In this document: piece after piece, positions 22,643 through 32,032 of the stretch
Layout of the letters: the number at the start of each line of letters is the position of its first letter
Numbering within the stretch: position 1 is the first letter of the stretch
From: an uncultured delta proteobacterium
GTDB taxonomy: Bacteria > Myxococcota_A > Polyangia > Fen-1088
Direction of reading: 5' to 3'
DNA length: 64,000 bases
Assembly: GCA_963796685.1 (NCBI GenBank)
Contig: CAWCMR010000008.1
Span: 640,001 to 704,000, forward strand
The notes under the pieces: model-generated
Told to the model about the DNA's origin: nothing
Database searches by the model: none
What the model saw: the letters and a program-made list of their open reading frames with translations, nothing else
Position numbers and translations under genes: made by a program

Positions 22643-22815
22643 GTCGGGTCGGGGACCGGCGCGGTGGTGTGCAGGATGACCCTTGGCTGTGTCCGCCGTT
22701 TCCGGCTTCGTGCCCGTTTAGGGGTTCCATCACTCCGTCTCCGGCCCCCGCCACATCGAACCGGACAGGCGGATTTCCCGCATCCGGCTCACCGCGAAGG
22801 CGTCTTCCATCGGGG

Positions 22816-24109
22816 TTATGCGTCCGTTCCGCCGGGGCATGCTTTCGCGCTCCAGTACACCACGCGGTAGTCTCGAAAGAGGCCCCACGTTCCGTACACA
22901 ACGGCGCTACTCCACCGCTTCCAGCCGAATCCCTTGCGCTTGCACTTCTTGGCCGCCAGTCGCCTCACCTTACGTTCGACCTCGTACTTGATTTTGCCGA
23001 ACGCCGTCCCCGAGTTGCCGACACGAAAGTAGTTCACCCAACCCCGCAGGACAGAATTCACCTGCGCAACCGCCACTGGCATGGGCAAGTGGCGGCTCCT
23101 GCGCAAGATTCTCCCAACTTCCTGTAGGACCGCGATGACCTTCTTCGGTCGCGGGGTTCTGCTCGGATACCATCTTCCAGTCTTCGAGGCTCCGCTCCCA
23201 ACGGAACTCGAATCCCAGAAACGCAAAGCTAGCCCCTGGCTCCGTTATCGTCACCAAACGGGTCTTCTCTGCGTTGAGCGACACGCCGATAGCCTCCGTC
23301 TCGCGGCGGATACGCATAAGCGCTCGGTCCGCCCACTGCCGCCCCTTCGGGGTGTCAGCCGCGAGCACGACCATGTCGTCCAGGTATCGGGCATAGGTGA
23401 TAGTGTCGCCTCCTCGGTCAAGGGCGTGGTCCAGGTCGTCGAGCGCGAGGTTCGCGAGAAGCGGTGACAGCGGCGAGCCTTGCGGCACGCCTCGGTCGCC
23501 GGTGCTCTTGAGAAACTGCTTCACCATGGCCAGCACATCGCTGTCGACCACCCGCCCCGCCACCTTCGCCAAGATTCGGTCATGCCGAATCGTATCGAAG
23601 TAGCGGGACAGATCGACGTCGACCACGCGGTGTCGTCCCTGGCGCAATCCCATTCGCACTTTCTCGCTTGCCTCATGCGCGCTTCGTCCCGGCCTCGCCC
23701 CATACGAGCTGTCCGAGAAGTCGGCTTCGAAGATTGGTTCCACAATCAGCCGAAGGGCGCCTTGCACCACGCGGTCTCGAATCGCAGGAATCGAAATCAC
23801 GCGCACTTTGCCGCCCTCCTTGGGAATCTCTCTTCGACGATACGGCCTCGGGTGGTACCCGTCCGTGCGCAGTTCCTCGGCGAGTTTCGCGAGAAACTCT
23901 CCTCGGCCCTGCGCCTCAATCATCTCGAACGTCTCGGCATCTGACCCAGGGGCTCCGCCATTGCGCTTGGCCTCCAGGTACGCCGCTTCGAGCGTTTCGA
24001 GTTTCTTGATGTGGACGTGCAATCCCCAAAAGCGATGCGCAGGGGCGGACTTCGCCCGTTGGCCTATCTTCGCTCGAAGTTCTTGCAAACTGATGGTGGG
24101 CTTTGTCAT
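22816..24109 (-). CDS. ltrA: Group II intron reverse transcriptase/maturase without endonuclease domain; +1 frameshift at ~23188
   Basis: IPAIRDRVVQ, PQGSPLSPLLAN, RYLDD, FLGF, then X domain LRGWVNYFR in the next frame. Confidence 0.88.
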
Positions 24110-24567
24110 CCCGCTCTTGCCTCGCTTCTCTGCTCCGATTGCCTCCGGCAGGGCCCCTTTGCTCCGCGGGCGTTACCCCGCTTCCTCGCTCATACGGACC
24201 CATCCGTCAGGCTCTCGCCTTCACCGCACTTCGCCTTCCGGCTCGCGCGACTACCTTGCTTCCGTGGGCTTTCTCCACGGGGCGAGGAGCCCTTCCCTGT
24301 TTTCTCCCATGACCTTGAGCGCGTGCTGCCGTCCTTTACCCCGCCGGGCGGTGCCTCCCCAGATCGCGTTTGGAGTCACCTTCTGCCTTCGCCCCTACTT
24401 GGCCAGCTCGGCACCCGGGGTTTCTTCATCTCGAGGCCTTGTCCAGACGTTCACTCGTCGTTGCGGCCCGCGCCCTTGCTCGCCCCGCCATGCGGGGCTT
24501 TGTCGGTGGGCTTCGCCGCCAGGATTTCCCATGTCGGCGCCACCCAAGCTATGCGGCTTCGATCTTC

Positions 24568-25979
24568 GGCTCTCCTGACATCTTCATGGAAGCGCGGGCA
24601 CCTTGAAGACGGGATGAAGGACAACGCCTGAGCAGCAGAGGAAGATGAAGCCAATGAGGGCTTGAGCGTTGTGGAAGCCATAGGCCCTGCGGGTGATGAC
24701 CCTGATCTTGCCATTAAGGCCCTCGGTTCTTCCGTTATTGAGCCCTGTGGCGACAATGGCCACGATGCCGTCCAGGTATTTCTTGATGGTCGCGGCGACC
24801 TTCTTGAAGGAAGGTAGTCTGGATCGCCTGGCCCAACTGATCCATTCTTCGAGCTTCTGTTTGACGACGTTGACCTGGCGACGACCGAGGATGTCGCAGA
24901 TGGCGATCTTGAGCAGGTAGCCGCGATAGAGTCGGGCATTGGTCTTCGGGAGGGTCGAAAGCCTCTCAGACTCGGCCCTGGATAGGTTCCACGGATTCTT
25001 GAGCAGAAGGTACTTGGTCTTCTTCAGTTGCCCGCGTTCGTCGGTGTCCTCCAGGAGTCGGACCTCCGCACGCCGGAAGCTCGTCGAGTGCTTCCTGCAC
25101 GAGTCTCTGAACGTGGAAGCGGTCGAAGACGATCTGCGCTTGTGGCGCTCGCGAGGTGACCGCGTCGATGTAGGCCGCGGACATGTCGATGGTGACGGTC
25201 TTGAGCTTGCTGGTTCGTTCCGGGCCGAGAGCGTCGAAGAAGCAGCCGAGCGTCGCAGCGTTCTTGCCCTCGTGGGCCCAGACGACCCGCTGCGAGACGT
25301 GGTCGACAACGACGGTGACGTACTCATGGTGCCGCCGGTACGACAACTCGTCGACGCCGATGTGTTCGAGGTCCTCGAGGAGAAGGCTAGGATCTCGGTG
25401 CCGCGGCACCACCCGCTGGATGATGGCGCCGACGGTGCGCCACGCGATGCGCATGGTTTCGGCCACCATCGTCTGGCTTGCTTGTTGGGCCAGATAGGCC
25501 ACGTGGTCCTCGAAGTCACGCGTGAAGCCGACCTTCGGCTCGGCCCAAGGGACCATCTCGATGACCACGCCGCACCGAGGACAGTCAACCCTGCGCAGGG
25601 TGTAGCGCAGAAGAACCTCCATCCCGCACGCGTCCAGATGCCGCCAGTTCCGAGCCCGAGCATCGAACACGTCATGGACCCGACATCCGCAGCCTGAGCA
25701 GTAGGGAACGGTCGTCGTTGGCGCCACGTGCACCAATATGCCAAGCAGATCGAATTCGACCGCCAGGACACGGGTATGTGGAAATTGGAGTAGGTTTCGG
25801 AATAGGGTGGTTGCGCGCATGGGCTCCTGGGCTTGTGGGTTCCAGACAAGCCACACGATACCCCAGGTGCCCGTGCGCACTTCGTCTCCACCTCACCCGG
25901 AACTCATGCCGCCCACATCTCCGTCGGCGACGTGCGTCGCACCTACGAGATCTCCCTTTACGAAGATGTCAGGAGAGCC
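24568..25979 (-). mobile_element. ISL3-family insertion sequence inside the 5' ribozyme part of the intron
   Basis: 18-bp perfect TIR GGCTCTCCTGACATCTTC / GAAGATGTCAGGAGAGCC; 8-bp TSD CGATCTTC at 24560-24567 and 25980-25987. Confidence 0.93.
24584..25820 (-). CDS. ISL3 transposase; +1 frameshift at ~25077
   Basis: CSGC/CPRC zinc finger, IGVDE, DMSAAY, FDRFHV, EGLNGKIRVITRRAYGF. Confidence 0.9.
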
Positions 25980-26341
25980 CGATCTTCTACCGCTTCAGGA
26001 CTTTCACCTTATGGTTTCATGGGTACCTCCAGGCATCACCAAGCCGTTGAAGCTGGCAGTCGGCCGCGGACGGCCGCCTGCAGCTTAACGGCAAGGCGTT
26101 AGCCGGAGACACGAGGTTCCCATCAGGGCGAGGCATGAGGACGTTATCAGCCGAGGCGCCAGCTTCGGTCACGCGCGGGAGGGTCGGATCTTGTGCGTCG
26201 AATCGGACATCGAGTCAGGCGTCCACGACCGCTACCGCCGGGCCCTGGGCTTGATCCGCTTTCGTAGGAGTCGACGAAAGCGGATCAAGCCCAACGGCCA
26301 TCGTCTTTCGATCAAGAATCGGGTAGGGTTGACCGTCCTCC

Positions 26342-27562
26342 ATGGCTCAACGCACTCGCTCCTCCGATCCGACGGTCATCGATCTTTTCTGCGGCGCTGG
26401 CGGGCTCTCGGCCGGCCTACAGCGAGCCGGATTCTCCACCGTCGCGGCCTTCGACCACAACAAGGCTGCGGTAGCTACGTATTCGAGGAACCTTGGAGAC
26501 CACGTTTCGGCGATCGAGATCGCCCCTGGCCTGGAACTCCCTCGGGTCGATGTCATCGCCGGTGGTCCGCCGTGCCAAGGATTCTCCTCGGCAGGAATGC
26601 GCCGAACGGGAGATGAACGCAACACGCTGGTGTCTGTCTTTGCGCACATCGTCGCGAGGGCGCGACCATTGGCTTTCCTTTTCGAGAATGTGGAAGGCTT
26701 CCTCACTGGCGAAAACGGCAACCGTGTCCTCGACCTGCTGGATCCGCTGATCGAGGCGGGCTATCGCATTCACTTGCGAAAGATTAACGCCGCGAACTAT
26801 GGGGTTCCGCAGCATCGAAAGCGGGTGATCGCACTTGGAGGTCTCGGTTGGGACCCAATGTTTCCAGAGCCAACCCACAGCGCGTTCGGCGCACCTGGAG
26901 CATCCCAGGCCGCTGGGCGGCAGTTGCCGCTGACTCCGTCGGTGTCGACATACCTTGCCGACCTTCCGACTCCACGGCCATCGCCGCCAGGATGTCCTCA
27001 AGGGCACTACAGTTCGCTGCCCGCAGAGGACGACATAGCCAGGTTTCATGCCCTGAAGATGGGGCAGACGATGCGCGATCTTCCCTCCGACCTATGGCAC
27101 CCGAGCTATCGTCGGCGTGCCTACCGCAGAGTCATGGATGGAACCCCGACCGAACGTCGTGGAGGGGCACCAGCAGGTATACGTAGGCTCCACGCAGCCG
27201 AGCCGTCGAAGGCCATCACAAGTTTCGCACGGAATGAATTTGTCCACCCATACGAGGACAGATTCCTGACGCTTCGTGAGTGCGCCCGGATCCAGACGTT
27301 CGATGACGAGTTCGAGTTCGTGGGCTCCGCGGCCGATCAGGCCTTGCTCATCGGCAATTCCATTCCCCCAACTCTAGGCACCGCAATCGCAAGGAGCCTC
27401 GCTGCGCAGCTGCCCGAGCGGTGTGGACGTGCGAGTCGCGGCGCTCTGCTCAGCTTCGTTCCGACCGCCTCATCCGGTATGAGCCCTGCACTAGAGCGCA
27501 TAACCAATCGGGTGGCGACCGCGTACAGGCCCATGACGACTCAGTTGGAACTATGGGACTAG
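26342..27562 (+). CDS. Cassette gene: DNA cytosine-5 methyltransferase
   Basis: DLFCGAGG, GGPPCQGFS, ENV, PQHRKR, LRECARIQTF, IGNSIP. Confidence 0.95.
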   Translation: MAQRTRSSDPTVIDLFCGAGGLSAGLQRAGFSTVAAFDHNKAAVATYSRNLGDHVSAIEIAPGLELPRVDVIAGGPPCQGFSSAGMRRTGDERNTLVSVFAHIVARARPLAFLFENVEGFLTGENGNRVLDLLDPLIEAGYRIHLRKINAANYGVPQHRKRVIALGGLGWDPMFPEPTHSAFGAPGASQAAGRQLPLTPSVSTYLADLPTPRPSPPGCPQGHYSSLPAEDDIARFHALKMGQTMRDLPSDLWHPSYRRRAYRRVMDGTPTERRGGAPAGIRRLHAAEPSKAITSFARNEFVHPYEDRFLTLRECARIQTFDDEFEFVGSAADQALLIGNSIPPTLGTAIARSLAAQLPERCGRASRGALLSFVPTASSGMSPALERITNRVATAYRPMTTQLELWD

Positions 27563-28623
27563 ACAAGCTCCAGCGGGCGGTGTTGGTTCGCGCGAAGACC
27601 GCAAGCAATTCGGAGCTAGCGGTGCCCCTTACTGAAGAGGCCTGCTGCTACCTTGCCGTCGTGATTGCATCAGATCTTCGACTCCAACGCAGGTTCAAAG
27701 ACCTGCCGACCAAGATTCTTCCCTTCTTCTCCGAGGATCCATCACTGCTGGTAGTAGAGGGAATGGATTTCTGGAACTTGATGGAACGGCTTGCCAGTGA
27801 AGATCCGGACACTGTTATGTATTTCGCCTGTCTCGCGGCACTCCACAAAGCACGTCTGAAGTACCAGCAAATCCTGAAGCGACAGCCCATTCCGACCATG
27901 GATCAAGTGGGTCCGCGCGGATTACTCCAATTCGGAACGATGACCGCCAAGGCGCTGACCGGGTTCATGCTCTGGCGAAAGTGGATGTTCGATATCGATA
28001 ACCGTGCCGGCCAGGAAACTGGCTATCTCTTTGAGCCAATAATCGCAAATGCGATCGGTGGTGTAGCGTACAGCGCGACGAAGAGTCCCGTAAGGCGCCA
28101 CGGCGACGCAGGAAAGGGACGACAAGTAGACTGCATCGTTGATCGGCGAGCATATGAGATCAAGATGAGGGTTACTATCGCGGCGTCTGGGCAGGGCAGA
28201 TGGGGTGAAGAACTCGAGTTCCCAATCGACGCCCGGAAGAGCGGCTATCAGCCTGTTCTCATCGTGTTCGATCCGACTGAAAACGACAAGCTCGCACAAC
28301 TTTCCGCGGCCTTTCGGGCGCAGAAGGGTGAGGTTTTCGTCGGAGCGAAAGCGTGGAAACACTTGGATGCTGCGGCTGGTTCAACTATGGCCCAGTTCCT
28401 GGAGCGCTACGTGCGTACGCCAAGCCAGGCTCTGTTGAGGGAAATTCCAGACGTCCCAGGGGATCTTCCTGATCTAACGGTGAGGATGGACGAATCGAGA
28501 TTTTCCATCTGCCTGGGAGACGAGGAGTACTCCGTACCTCGTGAAACAGGGGAGGCAGTCACTGATCCTCCCAATGCGGATGAAATACCAGATGACGCCG
28601 ATGAAGGCGTCCCAGGGCCATGA
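27553..28623 (+). CDS. Cassette gene: type II restriction endonuclease (PD-(D/E)xK; possibly ApaLI-like)
   Basis: Overlaps the MTase stop; ETGYLFE...RQVDC....YEIK catalytic-like motif; lies between MTase and Vsr. Confidence 0.72.
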   Translation: MGLDKLQRAVLVRAKTASNSELAVPLTEEACCYLAVVIASDLRLQRRFKDLPTKILPFFSEDPSLLVVEGMDFWNLMERLASEDPDTVMYFACLAALHKARLKYQQILKRQPIPTMDQVGPRGLLQFGTMTAKALTGFMLWRKWMFDIDNRAGQETGYLFEPIIANAIGGVAYSATKSPVRRHGDAGKGRQVDCIVDRRAYEIKMRVTIAASGQGRWGEELEFPIDARKSGYQPVLIVFDPTENDKLAQLSAAFRAQKGEVFVGAKAWKHLDAAAGSTMAQFLERYVRTPSQALLREIPDVPGDLPDLTVRMDESRFSICLGDEEYSVPRETGEAVTDPPNADEIPDDADEGVPGP

Positions 28624-29129
28624 CCTGCATTCGACTACGAGCACCGCACTCCAGTTCTGAACTCGTTGGGCGAGTCATGCGAGCAAATGTTGGCCGCGAG
28701 ACCTCACCCGAATTTGCGCTTCGAACGTCTCTTACCCAAGCGGGGCTGAAGTTCGAGACCGCTGTACGACCAGAGCAAGAGATCCGATGCCGCGCAGATT
28801 TTGTCTTTCGACCGGAGATGGTTTGCGTTTTCGTGGATGGCTGCTATTGGCACGCATGTCCGACGCATTTTTCGGTGCCGCGTACCAACACATCATGGTG
28901 GCGAGAAAAGATCGACGCAAACAGGGACCGAGATCAGCGGCAAACGGCGCTACTGCGGGCGCATGGGTGGAGCGTACTTCGAGTATGGGAGCACGACCTT
29001 CGCGCGTCCCAAATCCCGGTCGTGATCCACGCAATCCGCTCAAGGCTACGGCGTCGATGCACCAAATCCAGCCGCCATCTTGGAGTCCCGGCTAACCCGC
29101 CATTGCAGCGGACAGGGCCGCCGCAGTGA
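28620..29129 (+). CDS. vsr: Cassette gene: very short patch repair endonuclease
   Basis: T.PE..LR, DFVF, VFVDGCYWHAC, KIDANRDRD, GW.VLRVWEH; reads into attC6. Confidence 0.92.
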   Translation: MTCIRLRAPHSSSELVGRVMRANVGRETSPEFALRTSLTQAGLKFETAVRPEQEIRCRADFVFRPEMVCVFVDGCYWHACPTHFSVPRTNTSWWREKIDANRDRDQRQTALLRAHGWSVLRVWEHDLRASQIPVVIHAIRSRLRRRCTKSSRHLGVPANPPLQRTGPPQ

Positions 29130-29193
29130 AATCGTACAGAATTGAAACGGCAACTCAGCGGCGTCCCTGCCGCTGAATGGCAGAGCGTTAGAC
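29090..29193 (+). repeat. attC site 6 (104 bp)
   Basis: GGCTAAC (complements GTTAGCC at 26098) ... GTTAGAC. Confidence 0.88.
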
Positions 29194-29227
29194 GTACACG
29201 CCCGGCGCGTTTGTGATGCGCGGTGTC

Positions 29228-29256
29228 TTGCCAGACGTATATGCTTGGTATATACA
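29228..29256 (+). promoter_or_regulatory. Cassette-internal promoter/operator of the BrnT-BrnA module
   Basis: TTGCCA-N17-TATACA overlapped by palindrome GTATAT...ATATAC. Confidence 0.55.
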
Positions 29257-29263
29257 TGACGGG

Positions 29264-29572
29264 ATGACTGCCTTCCCTGAGATTCTCGCACATTGCGTTG
29301 GATTTCAGTGGGATGAGGGCAACGCGGACAAGAACTGGGAACTCCATCATGTATCGAGGGCGGAAGCGGAGGAGACGTTTTTCAACCGACCGCTCGTCGT
29401 GGCATCGGACTACAAGCATTCCGAGAAAGAGATTCGCCTGGCGGCCCTTGGAAAGACCAACGCCGACCGCCTACTCGCGATCGTTTTCACGGTTCGAGAA
29501 GACTTGGTGAGGGTCATCTCCGCCCGAGACATGAGTCGAAGAGAACGGGGTCTTTATGAACAAGCGATCTAA
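29264..29572 (+). CDS. BrnT family toxin
   Basis: GFQWDEGNADKN..H.V...EAEE.F, R..ALGKT...R.L.IVFT.R...RVISARDM. Confidence 0.9.
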   Translation: MTAFPEILAHCVGFQWDEGNADKNWELHHVSRAEAEETFFNRPLVVASDYKHSEKEIRLAALGKTNADRLLAIVFTVREDLVRVISARDMSRRERGLYEQAI

Positions 29573-29852
29573 GAAGAGCAAAATTTCCGTTCCCCACTTT
29601 GCAAGCGAGGACGCGGAGCGGAAATACTGGGCCGAGAACGATGTCACGGACGCCTTCGATTGGAGCAAGGCCGTGCAGCCGACCTTTCCCAACTTGAAAC
29701 CGTCGACGACCGCCATCTCTCTGCGGCTTCCGATTTCGATGATCGAGGAACTCAAAGCCTTGGCAAACAAGCAGGACGTCCCCTACCAGTCCCTGATGAA
29801 GGTCTATCTCAACGAGCGCATTAGGCGGGAACGTGTTCGTCGAGCGTCGTGA
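29556..29852 (+). CDS. BrnA/CopG-like antitoxin
   Basis: P.F.SE..ER.YW, FPNLKPST..ISLRLP, DVPYQSL. Confidence 0.88.
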   Translation: MNKRSKKSKISVPHFASEDAERKYWAENDVTDAFDWSKAVQPTFPNLKPSTTAISLRLPISMIEELKALANKQDVPYQSLMKVYLNERIRRERVRRAS

Positions 29853-29893
29853 TGTCGCAGGTTCCTGATCCGGACCGAAAAGCGAAAGGTGAC

Positions 29894-29964
29894 GTCTAAC
29901 AAGCCGTTGCAGCTGACGGTCGGCCGCGGACGGCCGCCCGCAGCTGAACGGCAAAGCGTTCGAC
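29894..29964 (+). repeat. attC site 7 (71 bp)
   Basis: GTCTAAC (complements GTTAGAC) ... CGGCCGCGGACGGCCG ... GTTCGAC. Confidence 0.9.
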
Positions 29965-29980
29965 AGACGAAAGGGGCAGC

Positions 29981-30862
29981 ATGACCGATGACTTGTGCGA
30001 TCAGCTGAAGGAAACTCAGCAGTCCTGGGCCGGTGCCCGTGGCCTCGTGTTCGACGCGCATGGGTACTGCGAGTCATGCAACGCCAATCTCTTCGAACCA
30101 CTCACATCTTGCTCGCTACGCGATATCGCGAGCGGCGATGGCGCGGAGTTCGGAAGCGGAAGCGCGAAGGGAAAGATTCAAGCCCTGCATTCATCGACGG
30201 CATTGGTATGCAACGTGTTCGACTATTGGCGAGGCCGCAACCTTGCGGTTCTTCAGAAAGCTCTCGACTTGTCGGTGCGGCTTTGTGGATTGGCCTTTGA
30301 GCAGAAGTTCCCAACAGGGGCTGGTGGAAGAGCGAATCTTGACGTGGTCCTGTATGGATGCGACGGCACGATATTGGCGATCGAGAGCAAGTTCACAGAG
30401 CCATTCAAAAGGTCAAAGAACAAGTGTTTCCTCAAGCCCAAGTACTTCCCTTCTAACCGATCGCTCTGGAAGGACGCCGGGCTTTCGGGGTGCCAGGCTG
30501 TTGCCGACAGTCTTCGCAATGGACTCCTTCGATTCGAGACGTTGGATGCCGCACAACTTCTGAAACATATGCTCGGCCTCGGGCGAAGCGGCTCTTCTTG
30601 GACCCTGATGTGCATTTGGTACGCACCTGGTGGGCAGCTTTCCAATCTGCATTCCGAGGAACTGGCAGCGTTCTCTAGGGCCCTGGGCGTAGATTCCCCG
30701 AAGTTTCGCACGACAACATATCAGGACCTTTTCCAGAGCCTGGCGCTCGGACCAGAAGACGCCGACTACGCGGCATACCTACAGGCCCGGTACTTCGCTG
30801 AGTCGCTGTCGAACAAGGCGTTGAACCCGACGGTCGGCCGCGGACGGCCGCCCGCGGGTTAA
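29981..30862 (+). CDS. Cassette gene: PGN_0703-like putative restriction endonuclease (PD-(D/E)xK)
   Basis: ALHSS.AL..NVF, FEQKF, ANLDV, AIESKFTE, LDAAQLLKH.LG; reads through attC8. Confidence 0.7.
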   Translation: MTDDLCDQLKETQQSWAGARGLVFDAHGYCESCNANLFEPLTSCSLRDIASGDGAEFGSGSAKGKIQALHSSTALVCNVFDYWRGRNLAVLQKALDLSVRLCGLAFEQKFPTGAGGRANLDVVLYGCDGTILAIESKFTEPFKRSKNKCFLKPKYFPSNRSLWKDAGLSGCQAVADSLRNGLLRFETLDAAQLLKHMLGLGRSGSSWTLMCIWYAPGGQLSNLHSEELAAFSRALGVDSPKFRTTTYQDLFQSLALGPEDADYAAYLQARYFAESLSNKALNPTVGRGRPPAG

Positions 30863-30878
30863 CGCCAAGCCGTTCGAT
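30808..30878 (+). repeat. attC site 8 (71 bp)
   Basis: GTCGAAC (complements GTTCGAC) ... GTTCGAT. Confidence 0.88.
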
Positions 30879-30884
30879 GGACCG

Positions 30885-31154
30885 TCAGTGTCCGGCGAGT
30901 AGTCGGTCGTAGTCTTGGTGGTTCCCGATCCAGTACCAGACGATCCCTGCATCCTGAAGAATCCCAACGGCTCGATAGTCACGCGATATGCGCACGGAGT
31001 AGACCGGGCATGCTTGGCTCACGCGCTTGAACTGTAGACCCGGGTGTCTCGGGTTGAGGGTGAACGATCAGTATCCCGCCCGCGCTTGGTCCTGAACTTC
31101 GGCGGGTAGCTGGTGAAACAGCTCCCAGAACCTGGCGGTTGCTCGCGACCTCAC
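30885..31154 (-). pseudogene. RelE/HigB-like toxin with an in-frame TGA at 31068-31070
   Basis: Manual translation: VRSRATARFWELFHQLPAEVQDQARAGY*SFTLNPRHPGLQFKRV...YSVRISRDYRAVG...WYWIGNHQDYDRLL. Confidence 0.8.
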
Positions 31155-31369
31155 ATCTTGTCCGGATCGAGATCGGTTGTTCGACCCGCGGCCAAGTCGG
31201 CCAGGGCTTCGTCGGCCAGTGCGTTCAGCAGGTCTTGGGACTGGGCGAATCGACGGGTCCATCCGTCCTCGGAAACGAGTTCGGATTGCAGCCATCCGGC
31301 AATCCGATCCTGCTCGTCGGCCGGGAGGGACGACAGCTGGGAGAAGACGTTTGCGAGGGCCTGAGTCAT
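31151..31369 (-). CDS. Acidic antitoxin partner (inverted-orientation TA cassette)
   Basis: LP..EQDRIA.W...W...FA.SQD.L..LA.EA; stop overlaps the toxin start. Confidence 0.78.
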   Translation of the reverse strand: MTQALANVFSQLSSLPADEQDRIAGWLQSELVSEDGWTRRFAQSQDLLNALADEALADLAAGRTTDLDPDKM

Positions 31370-31395
31370 GCCTCAAGAATACTCTCTGGAAGGCT

Positions 31396-31565
31396 GCCGA
31401 ACAAGCCGTTGCAGCGCTGAACAAGGGCCTGTCAACTCTCGGTCGAAGTTCAACGAGCCGCGGCCGCGCGGCTCGACAGATCAATGAAGGCCGCCGCGCG
31501 GCCACGGCAGTGCTACCATCGACCATCACCTACGGCCTTTGCTGCTGAACGGCAAGGCGTTCGGT
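31396..31565 (+). repeat. attC site 9 (long class, 170 bp)
   Basis: GCCGAAC ... same internal sequence as attC1/2 ... GTTCGGT. Confidence 0.85.
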
Positions 31566-31589
31566 GGGCGCGGGAAACCGTCGCAAATA

Positions 31590-31608
31590 GTATCTCCTGT
31601 GATACCAT
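31590..31608 (+). promoter_or_regulatory. Operator/extended -10 of the PIN TA cassette
   Basis: GTATC-N6-GATAC palindrome overlapping TGaTACCAT just before the ATG. Confidence 0.45.
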
Positions 31609-31611
31609 GAG

Positions 31612-32028
31612 ATGGTGCGTGTGGTTCTAGATACTTGCGTGCTTGTCGCAGCCTGGCGGTCCAGACTGGGCGCATCATTTGAGATCATCCGCCTTCTCCG
31701 ACGGAAAAGGTTCGAGATCGCCGTGTCTGTGCCCTTGGTCGTGGAGTATGAGTCCGCATTGCTGCGCCATCTCTCCTCGACCCGGCGGGCGGCCGACGTC
31801 ACCACCTTCGTTGACTACCTGTGTCTTGTTGCGCACAAGCAGGACATCTTCTTCCTTTGGCGTCCGCTGCTTCGAGACCCGAACGACGATATGGTGGCGG
31901 AGCTTGCGGTCGCGAGTCGTGCTGACGCGATCATCACGCACAACCTGAAGGATTTCTCTGCTGCTGCCAACCTTGGTATTCGAGTCCTTACGCCAGGTTC
32001 CTTTCTGCTTCAACTTTCACGGAGATAG
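31612..32028 (+). CDS. PIN-domain toxin
   Basis: VVLDT.VLV, EYE, LRDPNDDMV.ELA, IITHN.KDF. Confidence 0.9.
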   Translation: MVRVVLDTCVLVAAWRSRLGASFEIIRLLRRKRFEIAVSVPLVVEYESALLRHLSSTRRAADVTTFVDYLCLVAHKQDIFFLWRPLLRDPNDDMVAELAVASRADAIITHNLKDFSAAANLGIRVLTPGSFLLQLSRR

Positions 32029-32032
32029 GTCC

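Larger units (their letters stand above)
22643..26039 (-). mobile_element. Group II intron inserted antisense in attC5
   Basis: Minus-strand 5' end GTGATG at 26039; domain V GAGCCGGATGCGGGAAATCCGCCTGTCCGGTTC (22758-22790); 3' end ...CCCCGACCCGAC; RT/maturase ORF inside. Confidence 0.92.
22637..26104 (+). repeat. attC site 5 (71 bp when rejoined), split at GGCTAA|C by a group II intron
   Basis: GGCTAA (22637-22642) + CAAGCCGTTGAAGCTG...GCTTAACGGCAAGGCGTTAGCC (26040-26104). Confidence 0.9.
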
